Shown: positions 52,739-62,494, counted from the first letter of the stretch. The stretch is DNA of 64,000 bases from Nitrospiria bacterium (GCA_036397255.1 DASWJH010000004.1:31-64030); one strand, 5' to 3'. Translations and numbers: made by a program. Notes: generated from the letters alone by a model not told the origin.

Positions 52739-53484
52739 TGGAAAGGTTTATTATGAGAGAACCATTGGGAAAAGGAGAAAAGCGTTTGGAAAAAAGATTT
52801 ATTATTGCTATCGATGGTCCCTCCGCTTCGGGAAAAAGTACGACAGGAAAATTGCTGGCTAAACGGATGGGATACCTCTATATCGATACAGGGGCCATGT
52901 ATCGGGGGCTGGCCTGGAAATTTTTACAGCTCAATATTAATATTGACGATTCATCCGCCCTCCAAAAAGCGTGTTTGGAAACGAACCTGGAACTGGAAGA
53001 AGATGAACGGGGGATTCGTGTGTTTTTGGACCAAAAGGATATCACCGATGAGATTCGAACCCCAGAGGTTGGAATGATGACCTCAAAAATTTCATCTCTT
53101 ACGACGGTAAGGCAAAGGCTTCTGGACTTTCAGAGGAAAATGGGAGAAAAGGGAGGGTTGGTGATGGAAGGAAGGGATATTGGCACGGTGGTTTTTCCCA
53201 AGGCTGATGTTAAATTTTTTTTGGATGCAATGCCCAGTGTTAGGGGAAAAAGGCGTTATTTGGAATTTCAAGAAAAGGGGGTTCCGGTTGATTTTGCCGA
53301 TACCTTGAATCAGGTTGAGGAGCGGGATCGTTTAGACCGGGAGAGAAAATATTCCCCTCTCAAATGTGCAAAAGATGCGGTTCGAATCGATTCTACCCAA
53401 ATGACCATCGATCAGGTTTTGGACCTGATGATGGAAGAGGTGGGCCGAAAATCAAAAGTCCGAAACAGGTCTGTTTCCCAATGA
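52738..53484 (+). CDS. cmk: Cytidylate kinase
   Basis: P-loop IAIDGPSASGKST. TAATG overlap with aroA. Confidence 0.93.
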   Translation: MERFIMREPLGKGEKRLEKRFIIAIDGPSASGKSTTGKLLAKRMGYLYIDTGAMYRGLAWKFLQLNINIDDSSALQKACLETNLELEEDERGIRVFLDQKDITDEIRTPEVGMMTSKISSLTTVRQRLLDFQRKMGEKGGLVMEGRDIGTVVFPKADVKFFLDAMPSVRGKRRYLEFQEKGVPVDFADTLNQVEERDRLDRERKYSPLKCAKDAVRIDSTQMTIDQVLDLMMEEVGRKSKVRNRSVSQ

Positions 53485-53548
53485 AAGGGCGAATGGTTTA
53501 ACTCTCATAAGAACCTGAACCCAAATTTTTTTTAAAAAAAAGCCAACG

Positions 53549-54202
53549 ATGCTCTATGGAATTGCACATGTTTTGATCTCTTTTTTGGCAAAGATTTTTT
53601 TTCATCTTCGAGTGAATGGATTGGATCATGTTCCTCTGGAAGGCCCTCTAATTATCGCCGCCAATCATGCCAGTCATTTGGATATTCCACTTTTGGGCTG
53701 CACCCTTCCCCGGAGGGCCTATTTTGTGGGAAAGAATGAACTATTCCGAATCCCGATTTTAGGGCGCTTTTTGCGCTATCTGGGAGGAATTCCAATTCGA
53801 AGGAGAGGGATTGACCGGGGCGCTGTTGTGGAAATTAAAAAGCAGTTGGAGGAAGGGCATCTCCTGGTGTTTTATTTGGAGGGGAGCAGAACGGCAAATG
53901 GGATGCTTCAAAAGGCCAAGGCCGGGGTGGGTATGATTGCGGCAATGACGGGGGTCCAGGTGGTTCCCGCTTATATAGAGGGTACTTATCACGTTCTCCC
54001 CAAGGGTAGAAAGTTTTTTCATCTTGCCCCTGTGACCATCACCTACGGGGCCCCGGTGGATCTTTCTCATTGGCGAAAACCCAAGGGAACCAAACTAGAC
54101 TATCAAGCAATGGCGGATCACATTATGAAGGAAATAGCAAGTCTCTCCGGGGATCAAAGAAAGGCGGAAAAAGCGGTTTTGGGTACCGTTGGGGATTTAT
54201 AA
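53549..54202 (+). CDS. plsC: 1-acyl-sn-glycerol-3-phosphate acyltransferase
   Basis: 217 aa with NHASHLD (HX4D) and EGSRT motifs. Confidence 0.85.
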   Translation: MLYGIAHVLISFLAKIFFHLRVNGLDHVPLEGPLIIAANHASHLDIPLLGCTLPRRAYFVGKNELFRIPILGRFLRYLGGIPIRRRGIDRGAVVEIKKQLEEGHLLVFYLEGSRTANGMLQKAKAGVGMIAAMTGVQVVPAYIEGTYHVLPKGRKFFHLAPVTITYGAPVDLSHWRKPKGTKLDYQAMADHIMKEIASLSGDQRKAEKAVLGTVGDL

Positions 54203-54333
54203 AAACTTTTGCGAAATTTACTGGTAGATTTGGAAATCTTGTAGTAGAATGGTGGGGTTCAAGCCTTAAGGTGAGGAGAAAAATCCCTTTGGGTTTGGGC
54301 AAAAATTTAAAAAAGAAGGAGGCCTTTTCACAT

Positions 54334-56097
54334 ATGGCACAAACAGAAAAACAAGAAGATTCATTAACCAATCAGGAGGGAGGTGTGATAAGCAAACCCG
54401 CGGATGCCTTCAATGAGTATAGTCCTGAGGAAATGGAAACCCTTTATGAGGAAACGTTTAAAAATTTAGTGGAAGGAACCATCATCGAGGGTACGATTAT
54501 TGCGATTGAACCCGATGGCGTCATGGTTGATATCGGTTATAAATCGGAAGGCATTATTCCTTTGGAGGAGTTTACTGAGGAAAGTGTTGAGAGCCTGAGT
54601 ATAGGACAAAAAGTTGTGGTATACCTCCAAGAAAGAGAGGATACCGAGGGGAACCTGGTTCTTTCCAAAGAAAAAGCCGAAAAAATGAAAATTTGGAAAG
54701 ATCTTGAAGCCTCTTACAATAAAGAAGAGGTGGTTGACGGAAAAATCCTGTCCCGAATCAAAGGCGGGATGATTGTGGATATCGGTGTAAAAGCCTTTTT
54801 ACCGGGATCTCAGGTTGACCTCCGGCCCGTTCGCGATTTAGATTCCCTGGTTGGGAAGAGCTTTCAAATGAAAATTATTAAGATGAACCATAAGCGGGGA
54901 AATATTGTTCTCTCCCGACGGGTTTTGTTGGAGGAGTCCCGAGACCGAAAGCGGCAAAAAACCTTGGCTTCTTTGGAAGAGGGGCAATTGGTTGAAGGTG
55001 TCATTAAAAATATTACCGAATACGGCGCTTTTATCGATTTGGGTGGCATTGATGGGTTGCTTCATGTAACGGATATGTCCTGGGGCAGAATCAGTCATCC
55101 CTCCGCCCTCTTTGCGGTGGGAGATAAAGTCCAGGTTATCATTTTAAAATATGACAAGGAAACCGGCCGTGTTTCATTGGGTGTGAAACAAAAAACACCC
55201 GATCCTTGGAAAAATCTTGATACCAAATATCCCATAGGATCCAAAGCGCTGGGAAAGGTTGTCAGCTTGGCTGATTATGGGGCCTTTGTCGAATTGGAAG
55301 AAGGGGTAGAGGGGCTGATCCATATCTCCGAAATGTCCTGGGGACATGAGGTCCGGCATCCGTCTAAAATGGTATCCGTGGGAGATAAAGTGGATGTGGC
55401 CATTTTAAATGTGGACAAAGAGCACCGGAAAATCTCACTTGGTATGAAACAGATGGCTCCGAATCCGTGGGATTTGGTAGGAGAGCGCTATCCTGTGGGT
55501 TCCACCATTGATGGGAAAATTAAAAACCTGACGGAATTTGGGGCATTTGTGGGTCTTGAAGAAGGAATTGATGGTTTGATCCATATTTCGGATTTGTCCT
55601 GGACCAAACATATCAAACACCCTTCCGAGGTTTTTAAAAAAGGTCAGGATATTCAAGCCGTGGTATTAAGAGTAGACCGGGAAAAAGAACGGCTCTCACT
55701 AGGTTACAAGCAACTTTCAGGTGATCCGTGGGAATCCGAAATTCCAGAGAAATACCCGGTGGGAAGTAGTGTGTCTGGTAAAGTGGTAAAAATTACCGAA
55801 TTTGGGGTTTTTGTGGAATTAGAAGAGGGAGTGGAAGGCTTGATCCACATTAGCGAGGCCGATTTAGAACCCCAAAAACGGTTGGAGGATTGTGTTCAGC
55901 TAGACAGTACCTTGGAAGCCAGGGTAATAAAGATTGACCCGGTAGAGCGGAAAATCGGGTTGAGTATCCGGGAACCCAAAAAAGAGGGGGATCGGTCTGA
56001 AATGGATCAATATATCAGCAATCAGGAACAGGCTGACCAGACCTTTGGAACCATTGCCCAACGGAGCAGTTCCAAAAAAAATAAGAAGGAATGTTGA
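54334..56097 (+). CDS. rpsA: 30S ribosomal protein S1
   Basis: Start at MAQTEKQ after the AAGGAGG RBS. Six S1 OB-fold repeats (G.V......GAFV.L..G..GL.H.SE). Confidence 0.95.
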   Translation: MAQTEKQEDSLTNQEGGVISKPADAFNEYSPEEMETLYEETFKNLVEGTIIEGTIIAIEPDGVMVDIGYKSEGIIPLEEFTEESVESLSIGQKVVVYLQEREDTEGNLVLSKEKAEKMKIWKDLEASYNKEEVVDGKILSRIKGGMIVDIGVKAFLPGSQVDLRPVRDLDSLVGKSFQMKIIKMNHKRGNIVLSRRVLLEESRDRKRQKTLASLEEGQLVEGVIKNITEYGAFIDLGGIDGLLHVTDMSWGRISHPSALFAVGDKVQVIILKYDKETGRVSLGVKQKTPDPWKNLDTKYPIGSKALGKVVSLADYGAFVELEEGVEGLIHISEMSWGHEVRHPSKMVSVGDKVDVAILNVDKEHRKISLGMKQMAPNPWDLVGERYPVGSTIDGKIKNLTEFGAFVGLEEGIDGLIHISDLSWTKHIKHPSEVFKKGQDIQAVVLRVDREKERLSLGYKQLSGDPWESEIPEKYPVGSSVSGKVVKITEFGVFVELEEGVEGLIHISEADLEPQKRLEDCVQLDSTLEARVIKIDPVERKIGLSIREPKKEGDRSEMDQYISNQEQADQTFGTIAQRSSSKKNKKEC

Positions 56098-56157
56098 AAA
56101 AAATAGGAGTCAGAGACTTTTTAAAGTGAATGTTCATTCCAATTCGTTGAGGCGAGG

Positions 56158-57060
56158 ATGTATTCGATGAGGGCCAAAGAAGGCCCTTGGCGAACGGGCT
56201 TGGCCATTTTGATTGGGCTGGGAATCATTTTTTTCCTTGGTATTTTTTGGTTAACCTGGACTGCGGAAAAATCAAACACCAGTGGGGAGCGGATTGCCTT
56301 GATTCGGGTTGAAGGGGTTATCCTGGATTCAAAGGAAATACTGGATGAGTTAGAAAAATATGAAAAAAATCCTTCCGTCAAGGCTCTCCTCCTCCGGATT
56401 GATAGTCCGGGAGGGGCGGTGGCCCCCTCACAGGAAATTTATGAAGAGGTAAAAAAATTTCGGGAAAAAGGCGGGAAAAAAGTGGTAACCTCCATGGGAT
56501 CGGTGGCAGCATCAGGGGGATATTATATTGCGGCTGCTACTGATAAGATTGTTGCCAATCCCGGAACCCTGACCGGAAGCATTGGGGTTATTTTGGAGCT
56601 CACTAATGTGGAAGGTTTGATGGAAAAAGTCGGAGTTAAAAGTGTTGTTATTAAAAGTGGGGAGAAAAAAGATTTAGGATCCCCTTTTCGTACCATGAGT
56701 CCGGGGGAACAAAAACTGCTTCAATCTGTTTTGGATGATGTCCATGATCAATTTATTGAAGCGGTGGCGGAAGGCCGAGGGCTCTCGGAAGAGAAGGTCA
56801 GACCCTTAGCGGACGGCCGAATTTTTACCGGACGCCAAGCCAAAGGAATGGGGTTGGTGGATGAATTAGGTAATCTTCAGGATGCAATCCAATTAGCAGC
56901 TGACATTGTTGGTATTAAGGGAAAACCGAAAGTAATTGAAACCAAAAAAAAGTTTTCTTTAATGGACTTTTTTAGGACCCAATGGCAAGGGTCCATAGGG
57001 TCAGTAGGATTTTCACGAGGGGTTGTCCGTTTGGACTATCTCCTTCATTTAGGGGCATAA
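56158..57060 (+). CDS. sppA: Signal peptide peptidase SppA, 36K type
   Basis: 300 aa. N-terminal TM. IDSPGG and SMGSVAASGGYY serine motif. Confidence 0.88.
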   Translation: MYSMRAKEGPWRTGLAILIGLGIIFFLGIFWLTWTAEKSNTSGERIALIRVEGVILDSKEILDELEKYEKNPSVKALLLRIDSPGGAVAPSQEIYEEVKKFREKGGKKVVTSMGSVAASGGYYIAAATDKIVANPGTLTGSIGVILELTNVEGLMEKVGVKSVVIKSGEKKDLGSPFRTMSPGEQKLLQSVLDDVHDQFIEAVAEGRGLSEEKVRPLADGRIFTGRQAKGMGLVDELGNLQDAIQLAADIVGIKGKPKVIETKKKFSLMDFFRTQWQGSIGSVGFSRGVVRLDYLLHLGA

Positions 57061-57107
57061 ACTGTTGGCATCCTTAACATTTATCTCACTAAAGGGGAGT
57101 CTCATTC

Positions 57108-57386
57108 ATGACAAAAGCTGAATTAATTGAGCGGGTATCTGAAAAGGTAAATGGTCTTACCAAACGGCAGACCGAGATCATTGTGAATACCGTTTTTAAT
57201 AGTATTCGGGACACCCTGTCGCGGGGTGAGAAGTTGGAAATTCGAGGATTTGGAAGTTTCCGAATCCGTTCCCGGCGAAATAGGGAAGGAAGAAACCCAA
57301 AGACAGGAAGTTCCGTTTCGGTTCCCGCCAAGCGCGTTCCCTTTTTTAAGGCGGGAAAAGAAATGAAGGAAATTGTGGATAGTTAA
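57108..57386 (+). CDS. ihfB: Integration host factor beta subunit (HU/IHF family)
   Basis: 92 aa. GFGSF....R..R.GRNP.TG motif. The beta assignment comes from the conserved rpsA-ihfB synteny. Confidence 0.82.
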   Translation: MTKAELIERVSEKVNGLTKRQTEIIVNTVFNSIRDTLSRGEKLEIRGFGSFRIRSRRNREGRNPKTGSSVSVPAKRVPFFKAGKEMKEIVDS

Positions 57387-57461
57387 AAGGTCTGGAAGGG
57401 GGGGGTTAGGATTAAACCTGCAATAACGTCTCCTCCTCCATGATGAGAAAAAAACATTCCG

Positions 57462-58712
57462 CTATGACTCTTTGGCAAGAATAGCGGAAAGATCTTTGAT
57501 TTCAATTTCGTTTTGCTCTTTATTTCCCATGTTTCGGAGGGTGACCTTTCCCCTTTGTAGTTCGTCCTCGCCTAAAATCACTACATAACGTGCCCCAAGT
57601 TTATTGGCCCTTCTCATTTGGCTTTTCAAGCTTGTGTTCTGGTGTTCCATTTCTACCCGAAACCCATTGGTTCGAAGTTGGGTTGCAATGCTCAATGCGG
57701 TTTTTTGCGCTTTTTCTCCAAGAACAGCAATAAAGCAAGAAAGAGAAGTAGGCGAAATTTTTTCTTTTTTAACCAAAGAAACCAACCGTTCCATTCCAAG
57801 AGCAAAACCGATTCCCGGGGTTTCCGGCCCTCCAAGCGTCTGAACCAAACCATCATAACGGCCCCCTGCGGCCACGGCATTTTGTGCTCCTAGGGAAGTA
57901 GAGGTAAATTCAAATGCGGTTTTGGTGTAGTAATCTAGTCCCCTGACCAACCTGGGATTAATCTGATAGGAGATTTCGAGGTGAGAAAGTCCGTCTAGAA
58001 CGGTGTTGAAGTGAGGTTTACAGGAAGGGCAAAGGTAGGACTGAATGGAGGGGGCAGATTTCGTTATTTTACGGCACCCCTCTTCCTTGCAATCCAAGAC
58101 CCTTAAGGGGTTTGTGTCAATCCGGCGTTGGCAGTTTAGGCAGAGGACGGTTATGAAATCCCGGAGAAAGCCTTGAAGTGCCTTTTTGAAATTGGGTCGA
58201 CAGGTCTCGCATCCAACGGTATTGATTTCCAGTGCAAGGGTGGGAATTTCTAAAGATGAGAATAGATCATTCAACAACGCCAGGAGTTCAACGTCAACCA
58301 AAGGGGCTTGGGACCCTAACATTTCAGCGCCAATTTGATAAAATTGCCTTAACCGTCCGGCTTGGGGACGCTCATGCCGGAACATGGGCCCAATATAATA
58401 CAGTTTAGCCAAAGGGTTTCCATCAAAGAGGCGATGTTCTATATAGGCACGTACCACGGACGCGGTCCCTTCGGGTCGAAGGGTAATTTTTTTGCCATCC
58501 CGGTCCTCAAAAGTGTACATCTCCTTTTCAACGATATCGGTGGTTTCTCCAATCCCCCGCGTAAATAGTTCGGTTATTTCAAAAATTGGGATTTTTATTT
58601 CTGAGAATCCATAATCTTCCAATCGCTTCCGGGTTTCTCCTTCGATCCACTGCCAAATTTCAACAGTTCCGGGAAGAACATCTTTGATACCTTTGATTGC
58701 TCTAATATTCAT
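57462..58712 (-). CDS. hisS: Histidine--tRNA ligase
   Basis: Start at MNIRAIKGIKD. Class II motifs (YYIGPMFRHERPQAGRLRQF, GGRYDGL). Confidence 0.95.
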   Translation of the reverse strand: MNIRAIKGIKDVLPGTVEIWQWIEGETRKRLEDYGFSEIKIPIFEITELFTRGIGETTDIVEKEMYTFEDRDGKKITLRPEGTASVVRAYIEHRLFDGNPLAKLYYIGPMFRHERPQAGRLRQFYQIGAEMLGSQAPLVDVELLALLNDLFSSLEIPTLALEINTVGCETCRPNFKKALQGFLRDFITVLCLNCQRRIDTNPLRVLDCKEEGCRKITKSAPSIQSYLCPSCKPHFNTVLDGLSHLEISYQINPRLVRGLDYYTKTAFEFTSTSLGAQNAVAAGGRYDGLVQTLGGPETPGIGFALGMERLVSLVKKEKISPTSLSCFIAVLGEKAQKTALSIATQLRTNGFRVEMEHQNTSLKSQMRRANKLGARYVVILGEDELQRGKVTLRNMGNKEQNEIEIKDLSAILAKES

Positions 58713-58737
58713 GGGGGACCCCTTTTTACACCGGGTC

Positions 58738-58767
58738 ACTATAGCCCTAGGATCGTCGTGAAGTCAA
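58738..58767 (-). promoter_or_regulatory. Candidate hisS promoter
   Basis: On the minus strand: TTGACT (58767..58762), an 18-nt spacer, then TATAGT (58743..58738). Confidence 0.45.
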
Positions 58768-58809
58768 TAGGGTTTGGGCATCTAAGTCTTTGTTTATTTA
58801 GAAAACGTG

Positions 58810-58839
58810 TTGACTACAGACCGCGGTTCTTGGTAAATA
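58810..58839 (+). promoter_or_regulatory. Candidate tRNA-Cys promoter
   Basis: TTGACT (58810..58815), an 18-nt spacer, then TAAATA (58834..58839). A TATAAT-rich stretch follows. Confidence 0.35.
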
Positions 58840-58886
58840 TAATATAATCTTCATGGAGGATTGTTACGAAATCCATTCTTTTTTTG

Positions 58887-58962
58887 GGCGGCGTACCCAA
58901 GTGGTTAAGGGAGCAGTCTGCAAAACTGCGATTCGGCGGTTCGATCCCGCCCGCCGCCTCCA
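58887..58962 (+). tRNA. tRNA-Cys (anticodon GCA), CCA encoded
   Basis: Hand-folded cloverleaf. 7-bp acceptor GGCGGCG/CGCCGCC, anticodon stem GCAGT/ACTGC with loop CTGCAAA, T-arm GGCGG-TTCGATC-CCGCC, discriminator U73 and an A13-A22 mismatch, both typical of tRNA-Cys. Confidence 0.95.
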
Positions 58963-59077
58963 TTCCTTTCCACTCTTGCAATTAAGAGTTTGGTATATAT
59001 AGAAAAAAAAGGATTCTGGAATTAAAAACAAAAAAAGTATTTAATTCCGGCTCATCGTGGAAGTGAGTGGGTAAATT

Positions 59078-59275
59078 TCGTCATTACCCGTCTGTCCGGC
59101 GGGCACTTGCAAGCAGGGGAAAGCGGAAATCCAGGCCCTTCCCGTCATTCCCGCGAAACCTGTCCTCGAATGCCTCTATCGGGGAGCAGGAATCCAGAAG
59201 ATGTTGATTTTTTGAATCCTGGATTCCTGCCTGCCGGCAGGCGGGCCCGATAAAGCCATTCGGGAATGACGAACT
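59078..59275. repeat. REP-like palindromic element of the GTCATTCCCGCG / GGAATCCAG family
   Basis: CGTCATTCCCG (59143..59153) is inverted against CGGGAATGACG (59261..59271). There are multiple (C)TGGATT(C/T)C / GGAATCCAG copies. The same motif family occurs at 95..195 and 675..775. Confidence 0.75.
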
Positions 59276-59563
59276 GGATTTTGCAGGAACATCTAATACT
59301 TCAAAGGCTTCAACCACAGAATGACTTTGACTTGACCCTTGCCCTGTATGGACCTTAACCACTTTTTAACAATTTTTACCCACTCGATTACACGAAGACC
59401 CAATCTTTTTAAGGTTTCTTTCTTCAAAGTGGTAACTAGGAAACATAAAAGAACCGTTGAATACGAAATGAAATTCAACCTGGGCCCTTCAACATTCCCA
59501 AAGTCTATCCCAAATTTTGGACGAATTTCTTATGGCAGGTCACCTGAGGATAGATAAATGAGA

Positions 59564-59827
59564 TTACTTATGCTTTATTTTCATAACCAGGATGGTGGCA
59601 GTAAAAAACAAGGTGATTCCATTCGCAAGCATAAGAGGTACATTCCCGAGAAGAATTCCGTAAACAAACCATAGGAAAACCCCTGTGGTAAGTATGGCAT
59701 ACATGAGCAAGGAAAGATCCTTGGTGTGTCGGGACTTTATGGTTTTAATGGCCTGGGGCAAAAAGGAGAGAGTGGTAAGAACTGCTGCTATCAGTCCGAT
59801 TGTTGTTATTCCATCTATAGTATTCAT
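59564..59827 (-). CDS. SemiSWEET / PQ-loop family small transporter
   Basis: Start at MNTIDG after the AGGAAGG RBS. 87 aa with three TM helices and an LPQ motif (LSFLPQAIKTIK). Confidence 0.7.
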   Translation of the reverse strand: MNTIDGITTIGLIAAVLTTLSFLPQAIKTIKSRHTKDLSLLMYAILTTGVFLWFVYGILLGNVPLMLANGITLFFTATILVMKIKHK

Positions 59828-60369
59828 TTTCCTTCCTAATGATTCCTGCAAACCCAAATACCGCATGAATGGCGGTATTTTGAATTTCGCTCCAGGAACC
59901 TTGGACGTTATTAAACCCTAATTGGTTACTTTTGAAGAACCTGATGGAAGAAAATTAAAAATGGTTTTATTAGGTTTCAAGGGAAAATCTACACTATTTT
60001 AGTAAGGTACTCTATTACATATTATAAGAAGGAAGTAGAATTATTAACTGCACCTACTATTGCTCGAGAAAGAAAAACTTGAAAAACGACGATTACGATG
60101 AGGAAGCAGTATTACTGTATAAGAGAGACAGGACCGCTCTCCTCCCGAGATGTCCCACACCCACATGTACTCCTTGAAAAATCCAACAAAAAGGTCGTTG
60201 ATAACTAAATTTTATTGATGTAGACTTTTCCTTAAATTTTGATTTTTCTATCTATACATTACGGCATAAATAATTGCTCATATTTCTGCTTTTGCTTTAC
60301 CTCGAGCATAAAGGAGGGAGCTATACGCAATTATTTAAGGCCCCATGTATACCAGTGGTTAGGGGGTAA

Positions 60370-61221
60370 GTGATCTACAGATTTATGTTGCAAAAGATAC
60401 GATCTTCTCGAAAAGTCCATCGTCTCCTGCGAAGTATTGGAAAAGGTAAGCGACTTGATAAGTTGACGTTTACACAGGAAATGTTTGTGCACTGGAATGC
60501 GGAGCGCTTAAATATTTCGATTGATGAAAGCCGTGAACGGTATCTGAAGTCATGGATGTCTATTCCAAACGGACATGGTGGTAAAGAATTCCGCCTTTAT
60601 TGTGAGTTATCACAAAATCTTTTTAAAGTTTTTGTGGATGACAATCAGGGCGAGGTTTTTAATTCCTATAAATTCCATGGTCACCTGCATTTCCTCAGAA
60701 TGTTGTCCTATGCTGAGCCGGTATGGCATGAAAACGATCCATTAGTTCGAGAACTTATCGGACGTTCTAAGATCACCATCCTTGATTTCGGTTGCGGGCT
60801 TGCGCAGATGTCAAGAACGCTGGCATATTACCTGCTGCAAAAAGGAATTCAGGTTGAACTGGTGTTAGCAGATATTCCCACTTATCGTAAAGAGTTCCTG
60901 TTATGGCTGGCAACCGAAACAAATATTTCTACATCGTTTTTAGATTGCACGGTTGATATCCCGATACCGGATTTACCTGAATGTGACGTTTGCTTTGCTC
61001 TTGAGTTTTTCGAACACGTGTTTGAACCCCTTTGTTATTTTGATCGCATTCATAACGCACTCAGCAAAGACGGACTGATTATAACTAATATTTCTGACCA
61101 TGAGGCTGGGTTTATGCATGTTTCACCGAACCTAGAACAACTTCGAATTCAAACAAAAAAATATCGTTATAAAGAAATTCTTCCGAATCGAATTTACCGA
61201 AAAAACGGTTTAAAACTTTAG
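60370..61221 (+). CDS. Class I SAM-dependent methyltransferase with a ~130-aa uncharacterised N-terminal region
   Basis: 283 aa with a GTG start after AGGGGG. Motif I ILDFGCGLA, then FALEFFEHV. Visibly more AT-rich than its neighbours. Confidence 0.7.
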   Translation: MIYRFMLQKIRSSRKVHRLLRSIGKGKRLDKLTFTQEMFVHWNAERLNISIDESRERYLKSWMSIPNGHGGKEFRLYCELSQNLFKVFVDDNQGEVFNSYKFHGHLHFLRMLSYAEPVWHENDPLVRELIGRSKITILDFGCGLAQMSRTLAYYLLQKGIQVELVLADIPTYRKEFLLWLATETNISTSFLDCTVDIPIPDLPECDVCFALEFFEHVFEPLCYFDRIHNALSKDGLIITNISDHEAGFMHVSPNLEQLRIQTKKYRYKEILPNRIYRKNGLKL

Positions 61222-61489
61222 AAAATAGTCAGATCGAATGTCTGGTAATCCAGCCCTAGGTAACTTTCAAAAGTACCCTCAAAATAGCCATCTTCGGTTC
61301 CTTCTGTCAATCACAAAAGCACGGAGGGGAGATTGAGGAGGCTCTTGGACAAAAGAGGGGACGAAAAATGCCTATTATCCATCGATTAACAGTGGAAATA
61401 TTGTGTTCTGGGGAAATATTTAGTGTTTTTGACTTCTGGAAGGAGTCCACATTGTTTGAAAAGGGTTTTCTCTTTAAATATTTTCCAAT

Positions 61490-62407
61490 TCATTGAATTT
61501 TTTTAAAACTATTTCCAACCAGGATTTGGTTTTCTTGCAGGCAATACCCTGCACACATATAAGGAGTGGTGTGAAGGAGAGCGAATTGGCCTTTTTTGTT
61601 TAGTACAATAGCACCTGCATGGCCCTTGATTTTCTTGATTAATCTTTTTAATGTTCTTTGGGTTGCCTGAAGGGGAGAAACCCCATTTTGAATATGGGTG
61701 CAGATTTCTTTTGCGACACTTAGACGGATGATACTTTCTCCCCAACCGGTCATGGATACCGCTCCGGATTCATTGTCAGCATAAATCCCCGAACCAATTA
61801 AAGGTGAATCCCCGATACGGCCTGGAAGCATGGTGGGGATTCCCCCCGTTGAGGCTCCCGCGGCGACATTTCCTGAGAAATCCAAAGCAACCGCCCCCAC
61901 GGTTTCATGGGGATAAAAAGCTTTGAAAAGTTTTACGGTTTGGTTCTTTAAATTTAAAATATCTTTTACGCGTTCCACATTTTTTTTCGTGGGGAGCGCC
62001 GCCTTTCGGAGTTTGTAAAATTTGGCGAGTTTTTTTGCCCCTTCCCCGGTCATTAACACATGGGAGGTTTTATCCATGACCAAACGAGCCGCCTGAATCG
62101 GATTGAGAACCTCTTCAATTCCAGCTACGGCTCCGGCCTTTAAATTTTTTCCTTCCATGATCGAGGCATCCATTCGACAACGCTGATCTAGCTGCAAAAA
62201 GGATCCAGTCCCAGCATTAAAAAGGGTGCTGTTTTCCAGGAGTCTAATTACGGTTTCAACCGCATCCAGGCTGGTTCCTCCATGTTTCAAATTTAAGTAT
62301 CCTTCCTGAATGGCCTCAGATAATTTTTGTAGCTGTTTTTTGTTTGCAGGATGATTGCCCGCGCCTCCATGGGCGAGTAATGCTATTTTTCTTTTTGATT
62401 TTTCCAT
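61490..62407 (-). CDS. Isoaspartyl peptidase / L-asparaginase (Ntn hydrolase, asparaginase 2 family)
   Basis: Start at MEKSKRKIALLAHGGAGN. Autocleavage/nucleophile context HETVGAVALD and GAGS motifs. Confidence 0.85.
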   Translation of the reverse strand: MEKSKRKIALLAHGGAGNHPANKKQLQKLSEAIQEGYLNLKHGGTSLDAVETVIRLLENSTLFNAGTGSFLQLDQRCRMDASIMEGKNLKAGAVAGIEEVLNPIQAARLVMDKTSHVLMTGEGAKKLAKFYKLRKAALPTKKNVERVKDILNLKNQTVKLFKAFYPHETVGAVALDFSGNVAAGASTGGIPTMLPGRIGDSPLIGSGIYADNESGAVSMTGWGESIIRLSVAKEICTHIQNGVSPLQATQRTLKRLIKKIKGHAGAIVLNKKGQFALLHTTPYMCAGYCLQENQILVGNSFKKIQ

Positions 62408-62494
62408 TTGATTCTTTACCTTTCCTGTGTTGGCAGGTACCCTACTAAAAACCTTATGGTTTGACAAGATAAGTTTTCTTAAAAGATGTTTTGC

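Noticed and set aside
54070-54333. N-terminal 88-aa extension of the rpsA ORF
   Set aside because: It overlaps the plsC 3' end. The canonical start MAQTEKQ with AAGGAGG lies at 54334.
59084-59362. 92-aa minus-strand ORF
   Set aside because: It is the translation of the REP-like palindromic element (...FEDRFRGNDG...) and not a gene.
59293-59557. 61-aa and 72-aa ORFs on opposite strands
   Set aside because: They mutually overlap and have no RBS or motif. They are likely non-coding spacer.
58887-61300. Integrative element or prophage at tRNA-Cys
   Set aside because: No integrase, phage or conjugation genes are present, and no visible direct repeat of the tRNA 3' end. It is kept only as a compositional oddity.
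62461-62466. Second TTGACA as an additional promoter
   Set aside because: There is no acceptable -10 hexamer at 16-18 nt spacing.
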